Assembly (NCBI RefSeq): GCF_964204645.1
Contig: NC_134034.1
Location: 2,852,072 to 2,916,071 of the forward strand
DNA length: 64,000 nucleotides
Origin: Tubulanus polymorphus
Taxonomy: Eukaryota; Animalia; Nemertea
Direction of reading: 5' to 3'
The notes beneath the pieces were generated by a model. The model worked only from the letters and a program-made list of their open reading frames with translations. It was not told the DNA's origin and searched no databases. Shown here piece by piece: positions 38,601 through 46,672 of this stretch; the stretch's first letter is position 1; every line of letters starts with the position of its first letter. The translations under genes were made by a program, and so were the position numbers.

Positions 38601-40044
38601 AGCGCAGATGATTTTATACCCTTTTTCAAGGCTTGTTTGATAGCATTTTGGTTGGGTAGAAGGGCATTAGTGCTATGGCAGGTGAGGATTCCCCTCGTGG
38701 CAAGTGAGGATCCACCAGGTGTCGCTAGTGTGCAGTAGGACATCAACTACTGCGGCAATAGAGGATTCTACTTGTGGCAAGTGAGGATCCACCATGTGTC
38801 GCTAGTGTGCAGTAGGACATCAACTACTGCGGCAATAGAGGATTCCACTTGTGGCAAGTGAGGATCCATGCGAAGCCCCCTCGCCCCCCTGTCGTTCTTG
38901 TGTACGAAGTAACCGCGACCAAAAAAATCTCATTACGATATGACCTCGACCTACTTGATATCGTCGAGGTCGTTTTTATGACACGTAATTTCCGGCTCCG
39001 TTCTCGCGTCGCTCACCGACTAATTCGTCTTTTTCGTTGGCAATTTTTTTTTCAATTATAGAAATTAATTCGACGCTTTGATGTTGTTATTTTTGTCGCG
39101 GTGACTCTCTCTCTCTCTCGGTGCACGCGATATGAGCCGAAGCTTTTTTTGACGCTTTGACATTTTCGGTTCGTTTTTCCGCCCTTGCCATTTCTTTCCA
39201 TTTGCCCTTTGCACGAACGCGATGTCAACATATTACTCGCGTATTTATAGAATTTGCGAAATTCGTATTCGTATTTCATCCTTGCCGCGTTCTCGGTTGA
39301 TAGTAAACTTTTCCGAGAATACGTTATTCTGGATGCGCGTGAATCCGGTGACTGCGGTTTCGCAATTTCTGGTTAGGTTTAAAAACTTGAACTTCAGTTG
39401 AATCAGGTTGATTTGAAGTGTTTTAACTCTCAAGATTTGATGTGATGATAATGATCGTTGATCTGGTCTCTTAGAGACGTTTCCGTCATAAGACAAGGTA
39501 GTCTGATAAAAATTGTGGATTTTGGCTCAGTCAAATGACTCCGCCATCAGCATATAATTATGGATAGACTCCTAGACTATGCAGTCAAATTACTCCGCTG
39601 TCATTAAATAATTATGGAAAGACTCCTAGACTTTGCGGTCAAATGACTCCGCGGTCAACTTATAATTATGGAAAGGCTCCAAGAATTTTCAGTCAAATGA
39701 TAATTTATAATTGTGTATTGTGGACCTTTCAGTCATAATGACTCCAGATTCAGCTAATGATTGAAGGTTAGGGCTCCTAGACTTGTCAGTCAAATGACTC
39801 CAGCTAACAACCGTCTGTAGCTCCGATTTAAAATTACAAACTACATTTTTCCGAAAGCCTTCATCATCAAGCCTGTAATCATTCGAAATTCACATAGTGT
39901 TAACATATCCTTTTTGAAATATCTTCCAAACTCTTTTTCAATTTCTCATGACTTTCATTTTCAGATGGAAAAAGGATATGATAAGTTTCCGCGTGAACTC
40001 GGACGTAGCCGGAGCCAACGCCGACGCGATCTCCAAACAAATAA
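2319..40044 (+). CDS. PTPRN2: Partial multi-exon gene: receptor-type tyrosine-protein phosphatase N/N2 (IA-2/phogrin)-like. Exons 2319-2366, 13784-14794, 17002-17076, 28810-28899, 30428-30631, 33006-33101, 34213-34360, 34638-34724, 39965-40044
   Basis: All nine exons have AG/GT boundaries, matching phases (1-1 x6, 1-2, 2-2, 2-1) and join into one open frame. The N-terminus GCNFSDVCKESEVCIDDDLFGNCQ...YSL...LQRLIDAGYDWTNLYTQ resembles the RESP18-homology domain of IA-2/phogrin (GC...C...C..DG.FG.C...Y.Y...LQ.L...G..W...YTQ). The C-terminal RAYIKVDKP-FKDTQDAEELLAIVESKLGLKPGSFSNVQ-WKKDMISFRV resembles the IA-2 SEA-like ectodomain. PTPRN versus PTPRN2 cannot be resolved; invertebrates typically have one co-orthologue. 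Confidence 0.9.
2438..3444 (+). repeat. Satellite A, two arrays (2438-2709, 2977-3444)
   Basis: Tandem 39-bp units. Confidence 0.9.
3993..4740 (+). repeat. 41-bp satellite B switching to a 35-bp variant
   Basis: CCCTGATTGTCTGGGACAGTCTCTGAAAATGGTTTACTGTC, then CTGATTGTCTGGGACAGTCTGTTGTAAATGGTCGT. Confidence 0.9.
5056..5810 (+). repeat. 23-bp minisatellite C (TGTCCTGTTTACGTGGACATTTT) with 115/230-bp higher-order structure
   Basis: Identical blocks offset by 230 bp (e.g. 5186/5416); TGTCC...GGACA hairpin in each unit. Confidence 0.9.
6158..7900 (+). repeat. 109-bp satellite D, ~16 units
   Basis: GTGAAGCACTGAACACATGTGAAGTGTGGACGATCAGTTTTTGAAAG...; a variant unit recurs at a 654-bp (6x) offset. 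Confidence 0.95.
8408..8930 (+). repeat. 40-bp satellite E (GGGCTGGTTTTATAGACCAGTTTTAACTTGAACCCTGCAG)
   Basis: ~13 tandem units; degenerate relatives at 59095-59400. Confidence 0.9.
9398..9590 (-). mobile_element. Possible LINE/SINE 3' tail ending in (ATT)n on the minus strand
   Basis: (AAT)n run abutting TCTTTATT (AATAAAGA on minus), plus a stem-loop-like segment at 9545-9585. Confidence 0.3.
10480..11340. mobile_element. Family G MITE copy 2, interrupted by a piggyBac-like MITE and containing a 38-bp tandem expansion (11024-11240)
   Basis: Shares ccactg-a-ttaatggtttac...agtaccgattt..ggagtc...gaatgactgatcc..gggacc with the other copies; the left boundary is approximate. Confidence 0.6.
10702..10989. 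mobile_element. piggyBac-like MITE (family F), TTAA TSD
   Basis: TTAA-CCCGTTCAGTGC ... GCACTGAAAGGG-TTAA, with internal palindromes TACACCGCA(G/C)TGCGGTGTA. An empty-site paralogue exists at 16075-16093. Confidence 0.8.
11671..11954. mobile_element. piggyBac-like MITE (family F), opposite orientation
   Basis: TTAA-CCCTTTCAGTGC ... GCACTGAAAGGG-TTAA. Confidence 0.8.
12021..12220. mobile_element. Family F MITE with internal deletion
   Basis: CCTTTCAGTGC ... GCACTGAAAGGG-TTAA; homologous to 11671-11954. Confidence 0.7.
12809..13166. mobile_element. PIF/Harbinger-like MITE, ~39-bp near-perfect TIRs, TAA TSD
   Basis: TAA-tGCCTAGCGCACATCGACACTGCGATTGGAGACAACTAGT ... ACTAGTTGTCTCCAATCGCAGTGTCGATGTGCGCTAGGCt-TAA. 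Confidence 0.8.
13784..14794 (+). CDS. PTPRN2: PTPRN2-like large exon (1011 bp, phase 1-1): RESP18-like domain plus acidic pro-region with poly-Asp
   Basis: ctttttgcAG acceptor and G|gtgagt donor. GC3-rich coding-like codon usage. DDLFGNCQ...GYDWTNLYTQ motif. Lies inside ORF 13744..14904. Confidence 0.92.
15077..15376 (+). repeat. ~170-bp local tandem duplication
   Basis: gaagatttggacctatgctgattctaggctgcttaagtaggccctattcttatatc occurs twice. Confidence 0.8.
15817..16397. mobile_element. Family G MITE copy 3; its right terminus is amplified as five 45-bp units (16173-16397)
   Basis: TIR ends TAGGGACCCTG/G at 16217, 16262, 16307, 16352 and 16397. Confidence 0.65.
16454..16920. mobile_element. 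Two family F partial copies in inverted arrangement (fold-back)
   Basis: Forward copy at 16454-16710 followed by a reverse copy at ~16721-16920. Confidence 0.6.
17002..17076 (+). CDS. PTPRN2: PTPRN2-like exon (75 bp, phase 1-1): DSDYDLSKSDVLPIDQIYDEEKFGN
   Basis: Long T-rich tract + tttAG, G|gtacgt donor, open and phase-compatible, acidic like its neighbours. Confidence 0.75.
17687..17872 (+). repeat. 19-bp minisatellite (CCAACTGTATCGGCATATT)
   Basis: ~10 tandem units. Confidence 0.9.
18012..19018 (+). repeat. 24-26-bp minisatellite (GCTGGTATAGGGGCTAGTCTGATAGT) with an interspersed CTGGTAGAGTTACCAG variant
   Basis: ~39 tandem units. Confidence 0.9.
19377..19488. mobile_element. ~110-bp fold-back MITE (GGGCCGGTTTTATAGACC termini); second copy at 58786-58903
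   Basis: The left ~40 bp is the reverse complement of the right ~40 bp. The central aattcatt(a/t)tc(a/g)attgagtt is shared with the 58.8-kb copy. Confidence 0.7.
19640..19890 (+). repeat. 51-bp minisatellite with a GGGCTTAGCCC near-palindrome
   Basis: ~5 units. Confidence 0.8.
20075..21640 (-). repeat. Satellite A, ~40 units, with a 234-bp higher-order repeat
   Basis: The variant AAACTCAC recurs at 20581, 20815 and 21049. Confidence 0.95.
21876..22760 (+). repeat. Satellite B, ~21 units
   Basis: Tandem 41-bp units. Confidence 0.95.
23074..23524 (+). repeat. 77-bp satellite H
   Basis: cactagcgacacctggtggatcctcacttgccacaagtggaatcc... units. Confidence 0.85.
23870..24422. mobile_element. Second piggyBac-like MITE family
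   Basis: TTAA-CCCTTTAGCACTCAG ... CTGAGTGCTAATGGG-TCAA, with an internal degenerate repeat at 24268-24405. Confidence 0.6.
24728..24783 (+). repeat. (CT)n microsatellite
   Basis: Direct observation. Confidence 0.95.
25168..26668 (+). repeat. 78-bp satellite L, ~19 units, each with a B-box-like GGTTC(A/G)AATC(C/T)C
   Basis: Tandem units; the unit aligns end-to-end with the minus-strand monomer at 30714-30793. Confidence 0.92.
27111..27522 (+). repeat. Satellite D
   Basis: ~4 units. Confidence 0.9.
27881..28470 (+). repeat. 195-bp tandem triplication
   Basis: TTTTCAGTTTGGTGA recurs with the C at 27905, 28100 and 28295. Confidence 0.85.
28810..28899 (+). CDS. PTPRN2: PTPRN2-like exon (90 bp, phase 1-1): DADGEEEETMAELRKTMTPEDAKLLSDLLN
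   Basis: ctctcgcgcAG acceptor, G|gtaagt donor, open, coding-like. Confidence 0.8.
29045..29338. mobile_element. Family F MITE, diverged
   Basis: TCAA-CCTTCCAGTGC ... CCACTGAAAGGG-TTAA. Confidence 0.7.
29344..29832 (+). repeat. 51-bp minisatellite (GTAGCGTGTATCGTTGCTATACAGGTATCTAGCCGGTGGGTGCGTGCTGGA)
   Basis: ~10 units, starting right after the TTAA of the 29045-29338 MITE. Confidence 0.9.
30428..30631 (+). CDS. PTPRN2: PTPRN2-like exon (204 bp, phase 1-1): GKVKLNELSDDNIEK...DNGDRLK
   Basis: atttcAG acceptor, G|gtatat donor (weaker), overlaps ORF 30439..30639, acidic. Confidence 0.78.
30714..30793 (-). mobile_element. tRNA-related (SINE-head-like) monomer with A-box and B-box; source of the 78-bp satellite
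   Basis: Minus strand reads ggtctagtgtggcagggtttcgtgccgTGGCTGAGTGtagcgctgccatcaGGTTCGAATCCCcgccgaggggaggatgt. Ends resemble tRNA-Ser with the central arms missing. Confidence 0.55.
30771..30990. mobile_element. MITE-like element with ~22-bp imperfect TIRs, adjoining the tRNA-like monomer
   Basis: ACGAAACCCTGCCACACTAGACC ... GGCCAGTGCGGCAGGGTTTCAT. Confidence 0.45.
31301..31647. mobile_element. Degenerate MITE whose terminus equals the core of the 39-bp satellite
   Basis: GGATTCAGTTCCACAGTTG ... CAAGTGTGGAATCGGGTC, with internal AACTC/GAGTT motifs. Confidence 0.4.
32169..32296. mobile_element. Small MITE; its interior is tandemly expanded at 40305-40490
   Basis: GGTGGTTTCAGAGTCGTGGCTT ... 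TAGCCGTGACTGTGCAACCAGC; interior actggtcttaagttgttagattggctatagaac. Confidence 0.5.
33006..33101 (+). CDS. PTPRN2: PTPRN2-like exon (96 bp, phase 1-1): DSDVNDNREMLNAQ...SVEVKK, ending in a dibasic KK
   Basis: atttttAG acceptor and G|gtatga donor. The KK lies just before the mature ectodomain, as in IA-2 family pro-protein processing. Confidence 0.78.
33745..34166 (-). repeat. 77-bp satellite H with CCACCAG(A/G)TGGCAC motifs
   Basis: Exact 77-bp period (33816, 33893, 33970, 34047, 34124). Confidence 0.9.
34213..34360 (+). CDS. PTPRN2: PTPRN2-like exon (148 bp, phase 1-2): AAAPGVVAQP...LTDRAYIKVDK(P)
   Basis: ttctttttcAG(CAG)(CAG) acceptor and CC|gtaagt donor. RAYIKVDKP matches the start of the SEA-like domain (YGYIVTD-type strand). 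Confidence 0.85.
34638..34724 (+). CDS. PTPRN2: PTPRN2-like exon (87 bp, phase 2-2): FKDTQDAEELLAIVESKLGLKPGSFSNV(Q)
   Basis: attttcAG acceptor and CA|gtacgt donor. Helix plus GSF motif of the IA-2 ectodomain. Confidence 0.88.
34733..34939 (+). mobile_element. Non-autonomous Penelope-like/pLTR-derived element with hammerhead, flanked by a 14-bp direct repeat
   Basis: TGTGCAGTACGTAT at 34719-34732 and 34940-34953. Inverted arms AAAAAGATAAAACCCACTATCTACAGATTAAAA / TTTTAATCTGTAGATAGTGGGTTTTTATCTTTTT. AATAAA at 34884. Confidence 0.6.
34812..34857 (+). ncRNA. Minimal type-I hammerhead ribozyme motif (Penelope-like element type)
   Basis: AGACAC-CTGACGA-T-GATCTC-tagggt-GAGATC-GAAA-CG-TC-GTGTTT. 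Stem I is AGACAC/GTGTTT, the core is CUGANGA and GAAA, stem II is a perfect 6 bp, palindromic ACGT replaces stem III, and the GUC cleavage triplet ends at 34851. Confidence 0.75.
35145..35443. mobile_element. Fuller fold-back copy of the same element (~110-bp inverted arms)
   Basis: The left arm (~35180-35290) is the reverse complement of the right arm (~35321-35430). It starts with the same TAGTACGATAACCACACTCAAACGTGG leader, ends with TGTGCAGTACGTAT, and has GTTTC on both flanks. Confidence 0.65.
35303..35347 (+). ncRNA. Second, degenerate copy of the minimal hammerhead motif
   Basis: Same core and stem II 490 bp downstream, but GAAACGTC has become GAAACTTT (palindrome lost). Confidence 0.55.
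36400..36560 (+). repeat. 33-bp T-rich minisatellite
   Basis: tttttggttttttgacaaattttttcc x5. Confidence 0.85.
37268..37281 (-). promoter_or_regulatory. Solitary CTCF-consensus motif
   Basis: Minus strand CCACCAGATGGCAG matches CCASYAGRKGGCRS exactly; motif match only. Confidence 0.35.
37601..38067 (+). repeat. Satellite A
   Basis: Tandem 39-bp units, diverged. Confidence 0.9.
38328..38387. promoter_or_regulatory. Pair of RFX X-box palindromes in a CpG-rich intronic island (candidate enhancer)
   Basis: GTAACCACGGCAAC (38328-38341) and GTCGCCATGGAAAC (38374-38387) fit the X-box consensus GTNRCC(N0-3)RGYAAC. Confidence 0.45.
38677..38868 (-). repeat. Satellite H
   Basis: ~2.5 units. Confidence 0.85.
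39528..39810 (+). repeat. Degenerate ~54-bp repeat (cagtcaaatgactcc...ataattatgga)
   Basis: ~5 diverged units. Confidence 0.65.
39965..40044 (+). CDS. PTPRN2: PTPRN2-like exon (80 bp, phase 2-1): WKKDMISFRVNSDVAGANADAISKQI
   Basis: ctttcattttcAG acceptor and A|gtgagt donor. ISFRV corresponds to the LTFRI/VTFKV strand of the IA-2 ectodomain. Confidence 0.85.
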
Positions 40045-40687
40045 GTGAGTTTTTCATTTTTTTTTCTCCCTGAAACTATTTTTCAAGCATTTCTTTGTTG
40101 TCAAAACATGTCGAAATACTCCTCCGCGTGATAGACGACTGAGCTCCTGATTTGCATAAATTTGAATGTAGACTTAGAAAGTGCTGCCATCTGCATGTGT
40201 TTTCTGACATTAAAATTTTGCCATGTAGCAAGCAGCCAAAGCCTTCGAAATGAGTAAATGTTCTCACGGCTAAAACTGGTCATGAAAAATGAATGCAAAA
40301 ATTTGCTTAGACTGGTCTTAAGTTGTTAAATTGGTTATAGAACCAAAATGGCTTAGAATGGTCTTAAGTTGTTGGATAGGTTGTAGAACTGAAATAAGCT
40401 TAAACTGGTCTTAAGTTGTTAGATTGGTCATAGAACCAAAGCGGGCTTAGACTTATCTCAAGTTGTAAGATTGGCGACAAAATCGAACTGGGCTAGTTTT
40501 ATACCTAAACTTTCTGTGATAAAACGGGCCGAGTTCGATTCGTTAAATGGTCATTTCCTACCCGTACGTGGAAACCGGCGGTTTATAAAAGGTGACACCC
40601 GACGTCCGACCGAGCTAATAAAGAGCAACGATGAAGATAGTCTTATTACTACAACCAATTATTAGTCATAACATATACATTTCTACG

Positions 40688-40782
40688 ATGCATGGTTCAT
40701 CACGAATGAACTGACCCCGATGCATGGTTCATCACGAATGAACTGACCCCGATGCATGGTTCATCACGAATGAACTGACCCC
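40688..40782 (+). repeat. 32-bp x3 repeat with a GTTCAT/ATGAAC hairpin
   Basis: gatgcatggttcatcacgaatgaactgacccc x3. Confidence 0.9.
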
Positions 40783-40974
40783 CCTGTAAGAGTATTAGTG
40801 GAACTACAGTTCAAACACAGCCCATCCTTGAAAGACACATTACATGAATTCTCAATTACTTGAAAGTCGTAAGGCCACGAACAATTAGATCTCTTGGTCG
40901 TAATGACTCGGGCGGCTCGAGGAGCGATAACCCTAATCGAAAACATAACGTACAATATCCCCGTTTACGCAATC

Positions 40975-41365
40975 GATGATGTCATAGGGGGATTTATGGA
41001 GGCAGCCATTTTTTTCAGGAAATGTCTAGTAGATAATCTGACGATGTCATAGGGGGAGTTTTAGACGCAGCAATCTTTTCAGAAAGTGTCTAATCTGATG
41101 ACGTCATAAGGGGATTAAGTAAGCAGCCATCTTCCCAGGAAGTTTCTAGTAGTTAATCTGATGATGTCATAGGGAGATTTATGGAGGCAGCCATCTTTTC
41201 AGGAAATGTCTAGTAGATAATCTGACGATGTCATAGGGGGAGTTTTAGACGCAGCAATCTTTTCAGAAAGTGTCTAATCTGATGACGTCATAAGGGGATT
41301 TACGGAGGCAGCCATCTTCCCAGGAAGTTTCTAGTAGTTAATCTGATGATGTCATTGGGGGATGC
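40975..41365 (-). repeat. Satellite O (ATGACATCATCA...), reverse orientation
   Basis: gatgatgtcataggggg...ggaggcagccatc units; reverse complement of the 55-56.5 kb family. Confidence 0.8.
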
Positions 41366-41839
41366 ATGGACAGGCAGCAGCGTCGATGACGTATGATGAT
41401 TCTATATTGAAATGTTGTCGGTATATAGTAATTACATTACTGTGTCCATTCTGCGTCGGTTCGACGTTTATTGCGTGATACGATGAACACGCACTCGCCG
41501 ACCGTGTTCGGCAGTCGTGTCGTTTTGATTAGGCATTTGACAGGCGTCATTCGTTCGTTTGTTGGATGTCGCGCCGTGCAGCTCGTCGTACCAAGCAGAC
41601 GGCTAATTCGTTATCGCTCTCACGCATATGCCTCGTCGCTGCCATAACTAGCCAACAGTGCCGCGTAGTTGATATTATTATTATTATTTTTATTATTTCA
41701 TGTTATTATTATTCTTATTGTTATTATTATTATTCCTATTTATTTCATCACGCGATACTTTATGCAGAGCTGCCAACTGTTCCAGATTTTTTGTCACTAT
41801 CTTATGATGAGATGTAATGATTAGATTGGTTTGATGCTT

Positions 41840-42052
41840 ACAGAAATAAGAAATATATTTACTGAGGGTCTTACTGTTGATTATTGATTAATTTGAACAG
41901 AAATATGAAAGATGTCACCGAGCGTCTTACTGTTGATTACTGATTAATTTGAACAGAAATATGAAAGATGTTACAGATGGTCTTACTGTTGATAACTGAT
42001 TAATTTGAACAGAAATATGGAAGATGTTACCGAGGGTCTTACTGTTGATTAC
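41840..42052 (+). repeat. 56-bp x4 minisatellite
   Basis: gtcttactgttgatta(c)tgattaatttgaacagaaatatg. Confidence 0.85.
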
Positions 42053-43218
42053 CGCAGTGCATGAGTTCAGTGCAAGAACTTGCTGTACGTTAATTCTTTA
42101 GGGTGGAATTTTGACTGAACACCTGGAAATGGGTTCAGGTACTCCTTTTGACTAGGGACTGGATTTAGAGACAGTTTCGCGGATTTCACTGTGATGGATG
42201 ACCGTAGCATCAAATTTCAACTCCCTTTTTTATGGACCGGCTAAACATTAATCTTGGGCGCTGATTTCATAGACCTAAAAACCGGTTTATGAAAGCCCTT
42301 ACTAAGCGCGAGACTGATTTGAATCATCTACGATGAACTCGGTCTGAAGAATATTCACATCGATACAAACTGTGAACAAACAGTGACGACTTTCTAACGC
42401 TCTTAGTTTCATCTCTAAAACTCTATCTGATCTCATATAGATAGACTCGGCCTTTGACGAAGGTCCTTCAAAAAGACCTTTGATGTCGACGACGCTTTGA
42501 GTTTGAATATCTACCCCACGTGCGCGGGGGGGGGCTTTTCTTATTTCCCCAGTTGCGACGAAAGCCGCATTTCCGAATAAAACCGCGCTCCGTGGGCACG
42601 TCTAATAAGCCGATGTCTTCGACGCGGTTCGAAGTGTTTCGTAACGTTTTTTTTTTTCTTAACCCTCGCTCGCCGGCTGAAAAACGAGCCGCGATGAAAG
42701 ACGGGCCGCGCTCTCGGTCGTCGCGGTAAGCCGACGCCGCGACTTCGATATATCGCATTAAAACCGATTGCCATATGGTTGAGAAGGCTCCTGCCTCCGC
42801 GTCGAGAGAGCCTTCGGCGCTTTTTTTCTGCTCTCTCCGCCGCGAAAACTTTAAAAGCTTTCGTATCGCGCGGCGTAGCGTATTGTCGTCGAAGGAAATT
42901 AATTACGGGTCTTTGAAGCCGCGGGTGTTTCGTGTGTGTTTTTCGTCGTATTGTCGTCGGCGCGTTGTTGTGTCGTGTGGCTTTTGAAATTTAAACGCGC
43001 TCGAGGCCCCGCGTAGCTTTATTTAGATTATTTAAATGTCGTTTCAAATCACTTCAAGGCGGCCGCGTGCGTACGCGCGCTTCCCGTATCGTGCGCTATG
43101 CGCGTCGTACGTGTATGTATGTCCGATGTATGTGCGGTGAGCGCGAGTATGTTCGGGAACGCGTTCCGAGGAGCTGCGACTAACTTACGGTACTATCCAT
43201 GAAAAAAATTAATGGAAA

Positions 43219-43651
43219 TACTAGCGACACCTGGTGAATCCTCACTTGCCACAAGTGGAATCCTTAATTGACACAGTAGTTTGTCTGACTGCACACTAGT
43301 GACACCTGGTGGATCCTCACTTGCCACTAGTGGAATCCTCTATTGCCGCAGTAGTTGATGTCCACTAGCGACACCAGTTGAATCCTCACTTGCCACAAGT
43401 GGAATCCTCCATCGCCGCAGCAGTTTGTCTTACTGCACACTAGCGACACCTGGTGAATCCTCACTTGCCGCAAGTGGAATCCTCTATTGCCGCAGTAGTT
43501 GATGTCGTACTGCACACTAGAGGCACCTGGTGGATAATCACTTGCCACTAGTGGAATCCTCTATTGCTGCAGTAGATGATGTCCTACTGCACACTAGAGG
43601 CACCTTGTGGATCCTCACATGCCACAAGTGGAATCCTCTATTGCTGCAGTA
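43219..43651 (+). repeat. Satellite H
   Basis: ~6 units. Confidence 0.85.
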
Positions 43652-44047
43652 GCATTGTCATTGAAGTGTATAAACAGAGGGCTGGTTTTAAAATGGTATT
43701 TTCTTCACCGCTTTTGCTTTAAATTCGAACGTGTCTTATGCAAATTACATCCTATAAACGAAGCATGCGAACTGAAATTGACCTTGATTTCCGTTGACAA
43801 TAACCACGATTTCGCGAGTCGGGTTACATTCCAATTCGAATTATCGCGACGATTTAAATCCGCCCATTTCTGGTCGGTTGAAATTGCCACAATCATAATT
43901 TTCATTTCCGCGGCGTCGCAATTATACAGAAACGACTTCTCATTAGATCACATCGACAGTTTGTACATGTAAAAAAAAAAATGTCCGATTCGTTTTCAAG
44001 ATTGTGATATAAGTTATTGCCATTTAGAGAGTGTGAATTTGAAATGG

Positions 44048-44466
44048 TTTCAGAGACTGTCACTGACAACCAGGGGACAGAAAACCATTTTCAGAGACTG
44101 TTACTGACAATCAGGGGACAGAAAACCATTTTCAGAGACTGTTACTGACAATCAGGGGACAGTAAACCATTTTCAGAGACTGTCCCAGCAATCAGGGGAC
44201 ATGAAACCATTTTCAGAGACTGTTCCTGATAATCAGGGGACAGTCATCCATTTTCAGAGACTGTTCCTGATAATCAGGGCACAGTAAACCATTTTCAGAG
44301 ACTGTTCCAGACAATCAGGGGACAGTAAACCATTTTCAGAGACTGTTCCTGACAATCAGGGGACAGTAAACCATTTTCAGAGACTGTTCCTGACAATCAG
44401 GGGACATGAAACCATTTTCAGAGACTGTTACTGACAATCAGGGGACAGTAAACCATTTTCAGAGAC
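44048..44466 (-). repeat. Satellite B
   Basis: Reverse-complement units. Confidence 0.9.
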
Positions 44467-44752
44467 AATTTTGATGATCATAATCTTTTTGATAAAAAAA
44501 ACCCATGAAAATTAAATGCGAAATCCATTTTTGCTGAGGCTTAAAAGATAAAACCTTCCTTGATGTTTGAGAACGACTTTATTAATTAAAACTTGATTTC
44601 GAAATCCGATCAAAAGAGAAGAAAGAAAAACTGAGTAAAAACCAGCGTGCGAAGAGTGGCTGATCACATGACTCATGCTTCTCTTACACACCATATTGTG
44701 CTGCCTGAATTATTTTTCTGTTTTATGACAAAAAATTCTCCATTTGACGCCG

Positions 44753-45160
44753 AACCCAGTTCCACAGTTGTGTAGGTCTAATTTCATGCTGAACCCAGTT
44801 CCACAGTTGTGTAGGTCTAATTTCATGCTGAACCCAGTTCCACAGTTGCGTAGGTATAATTTTACTGGATCCAGTTCCACAGTTGTGTGGGTTTAATTTG
44901 TCTCTGGGCCCAATTCCACAGTTGTGTGGGTTTAATTTGAATCTGAACCCAATTCCACAGTTATGTGGGTTAAATTTGACTCTGGACCCAGTTCCACAGT
45001 TGTGTGGGTTTCCACTCTAGATTTCCACAGTTGCGTGGGTTTAATTTGACTCTGGACCCAGTTCCACAGTTGTGTGGGTTTAATTTGATTCAGAATCCAG
45101 TTCCACAGTTGTGTGGGTTTAATTTGACTCTGGACCCAGTTCCACAGTTGTGTGAGTTGA
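44753..45160 (+). repeat. Satellite A
   Basis: Tandem 39-bp units. Confidence 0.9.
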
Positions 45161-45330
45161 ATTCAACAATGGGGATGATATACGATCAATACAGAAATAC
45201 TTCGTCTAACAATCTCACTTAACGACCTTTTTGATTTCATGTACGGGAATCATCCCGAGGTCGTTTTCTAAGTAAATACCGCTGCAATAGAATGAAAACT
45301 TTTTCAGTTTTTTTGCCCTTCCGACAACAG

Positions 45331-45660
45331 TGAGAGAGAGAGAGAGAGGGAGAGAGGGAGGGAGAGAGGGAGAGAGAGTGGGAGAGATGGAGAGAGGGAG
45401 GGAGGGGGAGGGAGGGAAGGGAGGGAGAAGTAGGGAGAGGGAGGGAGAGAGGGAGGGAGAGGGAGGGAGAGAGGGAGGGAGAGAGGGAGGGAGAGAGCGT
45501 GGGAGAGGGAGAGAGGGAGGGAGAGAGAGAGGGAGAGAGGGAGGGAGAGAGGGAGAGAGAGGGAGAGAGAGAGGGAGAGAGAGTGGGAGAGAGAGAGGGA
45601 GAGAGAGAGGGAGAGAGAGAGGGAGAGAAGAGAGAAGAGAGAGAGAGAAGACAGAGAGCG
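45331..45660 (+). repeat. Polypurine (GA/GGGA) tract
   Basis: Direct observation. Confidence 0.95.
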
Positions 45661-46047
45661 AATGAGAGAGCGACAAGAACCTGGAATCATAGCTCAATCA
45701 TCCTGTTCGCAAAATCCTCGTCAATCGGCTTTATTCCTCCAATCGGAATTGTTGAGTAAACGGACACGCCGGCAACTGTACAAACACGCTTTACAAGATT
45801 CGCAGGCGTTCAATCTCGGAGCGTGATCAGCTGAACAACATTACCCGCACCAGAAATAACAGTTTGCTTTTTTTTTCTGGTTGAGACCCGGCGTGCGCTA
45901 ATTTTCTTTTTTCGATATTTGGTTCCCGCTCTTCCCGATAGATGGCATTACTGTGTTTAGGGACTTGTTACGTCGGGTGATGTCACCAGATGGAATTTCT
46001 GAGAAAGAGTAAAATTTTTTAACTGTTAAAAGCCACTGAAGCAAATG

Positions 46048-46268
46048 AGGACATCAGCTACTGCGGCTACAGCGGATTCTACTTGTGGCAAGTGTGGGTC
46101 CCCCAGGTGTCGCTAGTGAGCAGTGGGACATCAACTACTGCGGCAATAGAGGATTCCACTTGTGGCAAGTGAAGATCCCCCAGGTGTCGCTAGTGTGCAA
46201 TAGGACATCAACTACTGCAGCAATAGAGGATTCCACTTGTGGCAAGTGAGGATCCACCAGGTGTCGCT
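46048..46268 (-). repeat. Satellite H (partly duplicated at 50126-50311)
   Basis: ~3 units. Confidence 0.85.
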
Positions 46269-46672
46269 TATAGCCAAGTAAACCAATGAAAGCTCTGTTG
46301 GGCGACAATCGTCCTGAGCCACCGACAACAGTCAGTATCAGTATCCATGGTGACCGGATCTAATGGTCTTCATAATCGAGAGATTCTCGTCTTTGCGCAG
46401 AAAAATGAAAAAGATTTTTTTAAAGAATTTTTTTGCTCGGCAAATACTTTCGATATTCAAAAACTTTCCTCAGATTCTATTTACGGAGTTCAGCTTTCCG
46501 GGAATGTACGTGTCGATTTGCTCGTTTAAGGAGCATCGAGATGATAAGGAAAAAGGAGATTTTTTATTGGCGTTTATGCGAAAACATCTTTGATCAGTTG
46601 TCGTTTATGCAGGTTTCATTCTGCAGCAGCAGGAATCTGCAGATTTTAACTGGCATTCATTATATTAATGTG

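Noticed and set aside
42345-42385. CTGAAGA-containing dispersed repeat as a second hammerhead family
   Set aside because: No GAAA-N-UH core with properly placed stems could be drawn.
45215-45759. Arg/Glu/Gly-, Ser/Leu/Pro- and Tyr/Ile-rich ORFs here and at 47696-48165, 49206-49829, 54173-54943, 58524-58754, 62099-62596
   Set aside because: Low-complexity microsatellite translations.
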